NCBI RefSeq assembly: GCF_009914755.1
Contig: NC_060928.1
Source of the DNA: the human T2T-CHM13v2.0 reference genome, Homo sapiens
Strand: one strand, 5' to 3'
Length of the DNA: 64,000 nucleotides
Shown here: positions 14,000 to 24,600 of the stretch, piece by piece
How positions within the stretch are numbered: the stretch's first letter is position 1
Layout of the letters: each line of letters begins with the position of its first letter
The notes under the pieces: generated by a model
The model's input: the letters and a program-made list of their open reading frames with translations, nothing else
Database searches by the model: none
Told to the model about the DNA's origin: nothing
Translations under genes and position numbers: made by a program

Positions 14000-14395
14000 T
14001 GGCCATAAATCAGGCTAGAACCCTACACATGAATGCTTTAATCCTCCCATGAAAAACTGTAAAATAATGCTCTGAGAAATCTCTTTCTATGGCCAAATAC
14101 TTCCCTATCTCAGGTCCATAAAAACCATTATGACAGTTTGACTTCTGAAAAAGCATCCCCACTTGTTCCAGGATTTGGCCCAGCCACGGAAAATTCTCCA
14201 TTCAAGCAATGAAAAGCACTTTTTCTTTTGAAATGTTCCCTTGCACCCAATCAGAAACTACCAAATGTGCCTGAAGATGGATTACAAATCTCCCACTTCC
14301 GAAACTCCCACCTTAAACAAACACTTGCCAATCAGACACTCTTTCAGTGTTTCCTCTTTTGACTCTATAAAGTGAACTCTTCTTTGTCATAACTC
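14000..14395 (+). mobile_element. Probable ERV LTR remnant (family unassigned)
   Basis: LTR-like U3 layout: two ccaatcag boxes followed by ctataaa TATA-like motif; family not recognised. Confidence 0.4.
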
Positions 14396-14409
14396 TTAAT
14401 CCCCACTGA

Positions 14410-14935
14410 AACAAAAGTAATGCTATTTATAATCACCAAAATCTATACAAAATCTCAGCAATACTATTTATATAGCCAAAATCTAGAACAATCACATGCC
14501 TATCAACTAGAGAATGGATAAATAATAAAAAAAATCAGTATTCATGCAAAGAACAAATACTTAAACAAAATAAAATGCATAATATAGAACATTATGAAGC
14601 CACGAGAGTGTGGTGGATATTATGGATGGATCTCATAAATATAATGCTGAGGAAAGACAAACATAAAACAATGCATATTGTATGATTTCATTTACATTAA
14701 ATTCACACACAGGAATATCTATTCAAGTGTATTTGAAGTCAGGATTATAGTTACCTAACTGAAGGATAGTGATAGAAAGACAGCAAGGAGTAAGTTTCTG
14801 GTTATATGTTTCTTGGTCTGGGTGCTAGAGGGACAGTGTTCATTTTATGAAAATTCAATGAGATAGAAATGGACAATTTATGCATATTTCTGTTTATATG
14901 TGCATATTATAATTCTAAAAAGAAATTTTAAAATG
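14410..14935 (+). mobile_element. Old L1ME 3' end
   Basis: gaatggataaata, atggatggatctcataaatataatgctgag, tgtatgatttcatttac, gaagtcaggattatagttacc. Confidence 0.8.
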
Positions 14936-15797
14936 TTATCTTCTCTTATTGCCATAGGCTAGAGTTTTATATACCTCCTGAGACATAATAATGTGAAATA
15001 AAATAATTTAGGAAATACTTTAAGCAGCATTAATTTTCTCTACTCACAGAAAAAGTAACTTAGATTTATGAAAAAAACATTATCAGTGTTAATGCCTGAG
15101 TGTATTAATGGCTAAGAGAAGAGTATTTTTAAAACATTCTCATCTCAGTTCACTCTTTACACCCTATTGTACAAGTATCTATACCTTTAAGAATGAATCA
15201 GGTAAAAATAGAAGTGTTTTTCACTCTAATAACATTTTAAAATACACATTTTTTTTCTCTAGGCATGCTCACAATAACATTCTTCAATTTCTATGTTGAA
15301 TAAAAGCACCATATTAAAATTTCAGGGTGGTTCAAGATCTGGGGCCAAAATTGATTACATAAACAAAATTCAATAAATCGGAAACTCACAGTTCTTATCA
15401 GTAGACTGTTGTTTTACAGGTCTATATCACTTCAGAATAGTATTGTTCATAAGACCTTGCTAGGGAATAGGTTTGAATTGTATTCCTACATGGCCCTGAA
15501 TATCTCATCTCCAAGACAACCAGTCACTAACATATACTTGTCTACCATGGAGTTCATAACATCTTGCCTACATAGTTAGCTTTTCAAGGTTCCCTGAATT
15601 ATGTGTACAGATTTACACTTAGCTTTTACTTGCTATATACAGTTTTTGCATGAGGATAAAGTCAAATCTAACTCTAAATATAACTATATTTTAAAGCCTT
15701 AAAAGTTATAAAATTACCATTGAAAAAGTCCAGGTCAACTATATAGAGAGAATATAATAAGCAAAAATGATCAGTAAGTCAAGTCAAAATCTAATGT

Positions 15798-16246
15798 TGA
15801 AACTGACCCAATAGTCCCATAGACAGCTTTTTTGGATAAACATATAAATTGACCCTTCTGGTCTTAAAAGTTTAAACTAATATTCGTTTTTTTCTGAGTT
15901 CTTTCCTCAGGAAAGGATGCTCGGCCTCTCAGAAAGCATGAAAGAACCAAAACTTCCTAGATCCTCTCACCCAGACAATGAGTTGCCAGGCTGCTCATTC
16001 ATCATGATTGCCTCCTTACCTTTGCTGAGTTTCTGTCTTCCCATGCATGCTTACATTTCTTCACTGCTGTATAAACCTCTACGTTTAGTCAGTCCGGGAG
16101 ACGGACTTGAGACTAATCTTCCATCCCCTTGGTTGCAGCACTCCATTAAAGCCTTATTCCCTGGCATTACTCATCACCTCAATGATTGGCTTTCTGTGTG
16201 GCAAGCAGCAGGACCTAGAACGAACCTCTGTGTTTGGGTAGCAACA
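15798..16246 (+). mobile_element. Solo ERV LTR (LTR47-like)
   Basis: TG...CA termini, tgaaactgacccaatagtcccatagacag start, tataaa TATA and attaaa poly(A) signal; subfamily from recall. Confidence 0.75.
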
Positions 16247-16473
16247 TGCTGATTTCTCTTAGTACCAAGAAATGTTACTTTTGCTTATACTCATTCATGG
16301 ACTCCTCATTCATTTGCTTATGTGATTGAGCTTTTTCTTTTGGAATGTCAGTGTTTCATAGTGCTACTTTCATGCTCCATTATGAATTAGAACAGCTGAG
16401 TTTACTGTCACAACTACTTAATCTTTTGAAAAGCAAGGGCAATTTTCTAGACCTCCACATTGTTAGAAAATAT

Positions 16474-17377
16474 TGATAGTGGCAGGAGGCAGACAAATCC
16501 TAGACAGAAAGGGGCGGGTCCTCAATGAAACCCCAGCTTCAAACCAAAGACAGTTTAAAGCCTGAAAGCCAAGCTCCAAGTCTTGGATAAATCCACAGAC
16601 TGAATTGAGAACCTCTCTTCCCATTTCGTGCACTTTCCTCTGATTGATTCCCACCCCTCACCTATTTTACATATACCTACACTTCCCTAATTCGTTTTTT
16701 GCACTGTCATGCCCACTTCTGAGTGGTGCCTTTTTTTAGCCTTTTTTGTATACTCACAAACAAATCATCATGGACTCCCCCATTCTGAGTCCATAAAAGT
16801 CCCGGACTCAGCCACACTTTGGGTCTTTTGATTTTTGGATTGGAGAAAATAGTCACCTTCGGGTGGGGACCCACCAGCTTCAAGTCCCCTCTTTATTGAG
16901 AGATGTTCTGCTGCTTAATAAAACTCTTCTCCACCCGTCTTACCCTTCCTTTGTCAGTTCAACCTTATTCTTCTTGGATGCAGGACAAGAACTCAGGACC
17001 CGCTGAATGTTGGTATGAAAAAGGCTGTAACACTGTAACCGTCCACCCCTCTACTGATGCAAGGCAGCCACCCCACATGACAGGAAGCAGCAGCGGGACT
17101 GGGCCAGCCCCAGAGCCGTGGGCCAGAGCAGGGCTGTGGGACTGAACAAGTTGTAGCATGGACAGGCTGAAGCACGCATGGCCCAGCCACAGGCTGAGTG
17201 TGGATCCTGCAGCAAGCAGGGATTCAGGCTGAGGTGCAAGCTAAGTGCAGCCTGAATGGCCAAGTGGGTGGGGTGTCTCTTGTGGAGAGCCCAGAGCTAA
17301 GCGAGGCCCAGGCCGGGGCCTTGCCAGCCACAGAGGTCTCCAGCTGGCAAAGCAGCACCGAAAAAATTTCTGTGTCA
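16474..17377 (+). mobile_element. Solo ERV1 LTR (LTR27/LTR28/MER52 group) with 4-bp TSD ATAT
   Basis: tgatagtggcaggaggcagac...tgtgtca; ATAT at 16470-16473 and 17378-17381; GC box ggggcggg, cataaaa TATA-like motif, aataaa at ~16917. Confidence 0.88.
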
Positions 17378-17421
17378 ATATGTTGACAGTGGAATATTAT
17401 TTGATTATATTAAAATCTGGG

Positions 17422-18047
17422 GACTCAAGAAGAGAGAAAACCTGTGCATAAAACTGCCTGAAGAACTGCTCAGCCATCCATGGATCTCGACAACTATATG
17501 AACATCTGGAAAACCAAACATAAACACTTAGAAGGCTTCATAATTTTAAGGCAAGAGTTAAGAATGTCCTTCACACTTAAAAAGAAAGGTTTATCATTAA
17601 AGTCAGGCTAAAGGAACTAAAAATGACAGTCATCAGGAGACCATGGGCCTCAGGTGGGGAAACATCCCTCAGATCTTGTTGCCAAATAGAAGTAGAATTG
17701 AATTGGTGTTTTTATTGTAATCAAAGGAGAAAGGCAATAGCCAAATATAGATGAGCTTTTTAAACTCAAGGATAATATTGATCTAACCGGGAAGGCTAAA
17801 GAAAGGTTTTGAGGAGAAACTTGGAACTTCTCCTGGAATCTAATATTCTCCTTTCCATTCTTTCTCTCACAGAGCAAACTTCTGCTCCCAGAATTAGGCA
17901 TACAGGAAGGCAGATACAGAGAAAGACAGAACAAAAATCCATGAGTAGAAACTTCTGTGGGAACTGGTACTAGGGTAGGAAAACCTAAACTGTAAGTAGT
18001 GAGTTCTAGAGACTCAATGTGGACAAGTTTGAGAGTTGATAAATCCA
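17422..18047 (+). repeat. Left arm of long inverted duplication
   Basis: Reverse-complement match to 20930-21660; the ORF track shows near-identical peptides (CMPNxGSRSLxCERKxGKENIR...EKFQVSPQNLSLAFPV) on opposite strands. Confidence 0.93.
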
Positions 18048-18612
18048 GGGATCATACAGAAAACTATACACTTTTGTGAATTTGACCTTCTGGAGTCCTA
18101 CAAATTCTCACAGTGAAGATAGGAGAAAAAACAACTCTTTCTTCCAGCAGAGGGAGAGGTAAAGTAGACACATTGAAATATGCCCAAAACATTTTGTTTT
18201 TAACAATGACTTCCCTCATGAGAAACTACTCACCATAGAGTAAACTGAGTTATGCCAGGGCCTACCTGACCTAGAGTAAGAATACTCAATTCTACCCTAC
18301 TCTAGCCTTCCACATGGGGGAAGAGAAATATCCAACTCCAGCTACCTCTAGCCATTCTGTCCTTCCTGAAAGCAATGGGGAAACTGACAAGGACTTTTGA
18401 AGGTCATAGCCTAGGTATGTTTGCTCATTAAAAGTCTAAGAACTACAGAATGCAAAGAAGGCATTCTGTAGTCTCCTGATTAGTTCTTAGACTTTTAGTT
18501 CTTCTCTATCCCCCCAACTCATTACCTCCACATCCCTAAATGCCTATTTACCACAGCTCGTATTACTGAATATAGCATGCCTGTTTTCAACTAAGATTAT
18601 GTCACATTAAAA

Positions 18613-18615
<3 letters not shown>

Positions 18616-18701
<86 letters not shown>
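18616..18701. repeat. Pure poly(A) run, 86 nt, followed by an A/C-rich degenerate tail to ~18752
   Basis: Direct count. Confidence 0.95.
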
Positions 18702-18702
<1 letters not shown>

Positions 18703-20929
18703 AAAAACAAATACAAAAAAACAAAAAGCAACAACAACAAAAACCAAGCAAAACACAGTTTTAAGACAGACCAAGCATAAGAACCAGACTCAGATATGGC
18801 TAGGATTTTGAAATTAGCAGGCTTGGAATTAAAACAAAAACAATAATTAACATGCCAAGGCATATCAAAGCTTATCCATCAATATCCAGTCAATAACGTA
18901 GACAACATACATGAACAGATAAGTAATATAGGCGGAGATGAACATTCTAAGAAAGAATTTAATTAAATACTAAAAACAAAAACACTAACATAAATGAAGA
19001 ATGCCTTTGGTGGACCCATTAGGAGACTGGGCATGGCTGAGGAAAGAATCAATCAAATTAAGGGCATGTCAAAGGAAGCTCCCAAAACTAAAAAGCAGAG
19101 AAAAAAGCCTAAAGAAGAAGAAGAAAAAATAGAGAAATCTGATTATCTAAATATTGTGGGACAAATGAAAAAGTATAATGTGTGTAACAGTAATAACAGA
19201 GAGAGAAGAAAGAAAAGAACAGAAGAAATGCTTGAAGAAATAATGACTGATAATTTTTCTCCAATTAATGTCAGAGACCAAACTACACATCTAAGAAGCC
19301 CAGAAAATATCAAGTAGGATAAATGTCAAAAAAATCTACATTTATATCGTAGTCATGTTCACTGGCATAGCATATCATTCTGTATCATATTCATAGCAGA
19401 AAATCTTGAAAGAAGGCAGAGGAAAAATGTACATTGTCTAATGAGGAGCAAGAATAAGAATTACATTCATCTTCAAAAACAATGCAAGCAAGAGAAAGGA
19501 GTAAAATGTTTATAGCGTTGAAAGAAAAAGCGAAAACATAGAATTCTGTAACTAGAAAAATTACCCCTGGGAAATAAAAAAAAGTCTTTCTATGACAGGC
19601 AAATATTGATGGACTTTGTTACCAGTGGATCTGTCTTACAAGAACTTTTACAAAAGTTAACAGAGAAAAAAAAATAAAAGATGATAAATTTGTACGTACA
19701 TTTTTAAAAACTACAGAAAAAATAAAAGAAAGTAAAATAAAATCTTTTATTTTTCTGATACCTAAATGATCTAATATATAATTTGTTCAAAATATAGCAC
19801 AAGGTATTCCATGATTATAGCATAGGGATAATTGAAGTACATGGCAGCAATGATAAAAAATAACAAGAGGGAAGAATTAGGAATACTTTGTTAGAAGGCA
19901 TTGGCACTATCACTGAAGGAGTAAAGTGTTATTTGAAAGTGGACTTGGATTAGTTTTAAATGCATATTATAAACTCTAGGTCAACCAGTAAAGAAGGGAA
20001 AAGAAGTATAACTGACATACTAAGAAAAGAGAAAACAGAACCATAAGAAATGCTCAAATGAAAACAAATACAACTGAAAAACAGTGGACAAAAATAGAAA
20101 CACAAAATAAGGGCAAAGGATAGAAAACAAAACAAATATGATAGAGAGTACTGCAATTATATCAATATTCAGTATTAACATAAATGGACTAAATACACCA
20201 ATTGAAAGATAGACTGTCAGAGTGGATCCAAAAGAAAGACCCAACTATATGTCACTTATAAGAACTGTACTCAAATTATGAAGACAGAGATAGGTTATAA
20301 GCAAAGAGATGGAGAAAAACTATGGTAAAAGTAATCAAAAGAAAATTAACATAGCTATATTAATTTCAGAGAAAATAACCTTCACATTAAGGAAAATTCT
20401 CAGGAATAAAGAGGGACATTACATACTGATTAAGAAGTCAATTTTCCAAGAAGACATAACAATCCATTATGTGTGTGCATAATATAGTGTCAAAATTCAT
20501 GAGACAAAAATTGATAGAACTGTAAGGAGAAAGAGAATACACTGTATAGATGAAGATTTCCACACCTCTGTTATCCTCTATCAGTAATGGACGCATCCAG
20601 GGAGCAGAATATTAGAAAGAACATAATAGAACTGAACAGCACAAGCAAGCATTGGATCTAACTGACATTGATAGACTACTTTACGCAACAGCAGCAGCAA
20701 ACACATTCTTCTCAGGCTCACATGGAATTTCTACCAATATAGACCATATTCTGTACCATAAAACATGCCTTAAAAAACATAAAAGAATTAAGATCATACA
20801 GAGTATGCTTTAAGATGACAACATACTTAAAATAGAAATCAATACCACAAAGATAGCAAGTAAAGACAGTATGAAACACAGTATGAAAAGATAACATGTA
20901 AATAGACCTCAATACCAGAAAGATAGCAT

Positions 20930-21660
20930 GGGTTTTTGCTCACATACAAATTTGTCCACACTGAGTCTCTAGAACTAATTATTTACAGTTTAGGTGTTCC
21001 TACCCTAGTACTAGTTCCCACAGAAGTTTCTGCTCATGGATTTTTGCTCAGATAAATTGTCTTTCTCTGTCTCTGCTTTCTGTATGCCTAATTTTGGGAG
21101 CAGAAGTTTGTTCTGTGAAAGAAAGAAAGGAAAGGAGAACATTAGACTCTTGGAGAAGTTTCAAGTTTCTCCTCAAAACCTTTCTTTAGCCTTCCCAGTT
21201 GGATCAATTTTATCCTCAAGTCTAAAAGTTCATCTATATTTGGGTATGGTCTTTCTCCTTTGGTTGTAATAAAAAGATGAATTTAATATCTACTCCTATA
21301 TGGGAACCAGATCTGAGAGATGTTTCCCCACTTGAAGCCCATGGTCTCGTGATGACTGTCATTTTTAGTTCCTTTAGCCTTACTTTAAGGATAAACCTTT
21401 CTTTTTTAGGAGTGCAAGACATGCTTAACCCTGGCCTCAAATTTTAGTGGACAATTGCAAAGTTTTATAAGTGTTTAAGTTTAGTTTTCTAGATGTTTAT
21501 ATAGTTCATGAGTTCCAAAGTTCTGATTATTGTAAGACAAGAACTGCTACTTTTATTTCTATATGCCGATCATTGTGCTTATATGGATTTCTCTCAAGGA
21601 TGTTTGTAGAGTAGTATTTTGGACTGCTGTTTTGCACAATATTTGCATCTTCTAAGAGTT
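20930..21660 (-). repeat. Right arm of long inverted duplication, inserted in L1 ORF2
   Basis: Reverse-complement match to 17422-18047; L1 ORF2 resumes on the + strand after ~21660 (catctcaagagaattttaaaaatatttt...aaaatttgtgggatacagc). Confidence 0.93.
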
Positions 21661-24600
21661 AAGAAATCAAAGGGTAAATAATACAAGTCAAATAACATCT
21701 CAAGAGAATTTTAAAAATATTTTATAATAAATTAACAATTAAAAACATGAAAATTTGTGGGATACAGCAAAACTATTATTGAGAAGGAAATTTAGAGCAT
21801 GAAACTCATATTAGAATAGAAAAAAATCTAAAATTCATCATCTAAATATATATCTTAAGAAACTGGAAAAAGAACAAACCAAATCCAAGTTAAGAAAAGA
21901 AATAAATATTTTAGCAGAAATCAATACAAATGAAAGCAAGAAATTACAGAGAAAGATCAATGAAAGCAAAAGTTGGTTACTAGAAAAAAATAATAAAATC
22001 AATGTCTCTAGCCTAGCTAACAAAGCAAAAAAGAGAAGACAAAAATATTAATATCAAAAATGAAAAAAATGACATTTCTGCAGATTCCATGGACATTAAA
22101 GAGTAGGAAAGGGATAATATGAAAAGCTCGATGTCTACAAATTTGATAATCTAGAAGAAATGGATCAATTCTTTGTAAGACACAATCTGTCAAAACACAC
22201 ACAAGAAAAAATGGTCAATCTGAATAGATCTTTATTTATTAAATAAATATAATCAGTAATTATTATTCCAAACAGAAAACACCAGGCTCTAAACCAGAAA
22301 CAGAAAACACCAGTCTCAGACAGCTTCACAGGTGAATTTAATTATTTTCTTTTTTTTCCTTCTAGTTATTTTTATAAAGCACCTAACCTAAGATCAGTGA
22401 TGAATTTATACAAGCATTTAAGAAACATGATACAGAGCCCCTGCAATCTCTTTCAAAGGAAAGAAACTGGGAGAACACTTGCTTGCTCATTCTATAAAGC
22501 CAGCATAACCCTAATACTAAAACCTAACAAAACCATTATATGAAAGAAAACTACAAACCAGTTTCTCTCATAAAAAGTTATAAAAATTCTCACCAAAATG
22601 TTAGCAAATTGAATCGAACAATGTATAAAATAATTACACACCATGGCAAAGTAGGATTTATACAAGCTATGCAAGGCTGTTTCCAAATTCAAAAATCTAT
22701 TAACATAATCCATTACATCAACAGGCTAAAGAAGAAAAATCATATGATCATATTAATAGATAAGGAAAAACATTAGACAAAATCCTACACCTATTCATGC
22801 TAAAAAAAAAACTTTCAGTAAATCAGGAATAAAGAGAATGTTCCACAACTTGATAAAGAAAATCTATGTAAAAACCTACTGCTAACATTATACTTAATGC
22901 AGAGAAACTAGAAGCTTTCCTACTATGATCCAGAACAAAGTAAGGCTATCTCCTCTCACGATGCCTTTTCACTATTATAATGGAAGTCCTAGCTAATGCA
23001 ATAAGACAAGGAAATTAAATAAGAGATATACAGATTGGGAAGGAAGAAATTAAAATATATTTATTTGCAGAAACATGATTATCTATGTAGAAAATACCAA
23101 GAAATTGACAGAAAACACCTAGAACTAGTGAGTGAGTATAGCAAGGTTGTAGCATACAGGTTAATGTATAAAAGTCAGTAGCTTTCCTAGATCAGAAAAA
23201 AAAGGCATTTGAAATTAGACACAGAACACAATTTATGTTAATACAAAAATGAAATACTGAGGTATTAATCTAACAGAATACGTTTAAGATCTATATGAGA
23301 AAAGCTACAAAACTCTGATTAAGAAAATTAAAGAATTAAATAAATGAAGAGATGTTTCATGTTTATAGATAGAAAGAGTCAATATTGCTGAGATGTCAGT
23401 TCTTCTGAACGTGATCTGTGGATTTAATGCAACACCAGCTAGTTATTTTGTGGATATCAACAAAATGATTCTAAAGTTTATACAGATATGGAAAGGGAGA
23501 AGAGGAGCCAACACTATATTAAAGAAGAACAAAATCAGAGGACTGACACACCTGGCTTCAAATAGTATGATAAACTGTAGCAATCAAGACAATATTATAT
23601 TGGCTTAAACCCAAACAAATGTATCAATGGAACAGAAAAGTGAGCCTAGAACTTGACCTATACAAATATATATTCAGCTGATCTGGACTGACTATGCCTA
23701 TGCCTTGATCAAGAGCAAAGACAATTAAACTTTGCTCCTGAACTGAGCGAACTTTGCTCCTTTGCAACTGAACATCTATATAAAAAACAAAAACAAAAAA
23801 CAATGTAGACCTTACAGCTCCCCAAAAAATCAACTCAAAATGGATAACAGGCCAAAATGTAAAACACAAGTCTACACAATTCCTAGAAGATAGTATAGTA
23901 AAAAACCTATGTGACATTGAATTTGGCAATACCTTTTTTAGATACAACACCAATGACTCAATCTTAAGAAAAAAAATGGATAAACTGGATTACATTATAA
24001 TGAAAAAATTTTGTTCTGTAAAACACTATCAAGAGAGTAAGGAGATAAACCATGGACTGGGAGAACAGAAAACAAAACTGTTATCCAAAATATACAAAGA
24101 ACTAAAACTCAAGAATAAGAAAATTCATAAAAGATCTGAACAGGCATCTCACCAGTGTAGATATACAGATGATAAATAAGCAATTGAAAAGATGTTCAAA
24201 GTTATGTGGTATCAGAGATTTGCAAACTCAAACAACAATGAGATGTCACCATATACCTATTAGAACAAGAAAATCCCAAATACTGACAACACCAAGTGCT
24301 GGCAAGGATGTGTAGGAACAGGAACTCTCATTCATGGCAGTTGGGATGCAAAATGGTACAGCCACTTTGGATGACATTTTGGCCTTTTCACACAAAACTA
24401 AATGTATTTTACCATAAGATCCAGAAATCACATTCCTTGGCATTTCCCAAAAGGTGTTACAAACTATGTCCACAAAGAAACCTGACATGGATGTTTACAG
24501 CAGGCTTATTCATAACTGCCCAAATGTAGAAGCAAGCATAATATCGTTCAGTAGGTAAATGGACAAATAAATAGTGCTACATTCAGATAGATGGATATTA

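Noticed and set aside
18597-18863. Poly-Phe ORF
   Set aside because: Translation of the poly(A) run on the minus strand.
17650-21269. Two near-identical peptides on opposite strands suggesting a duplicated gene
   Set aside because: They are translations of the inverted-repeat arms; starts and ends differ by frameshifts, and part is L1 5'UTR antisense.
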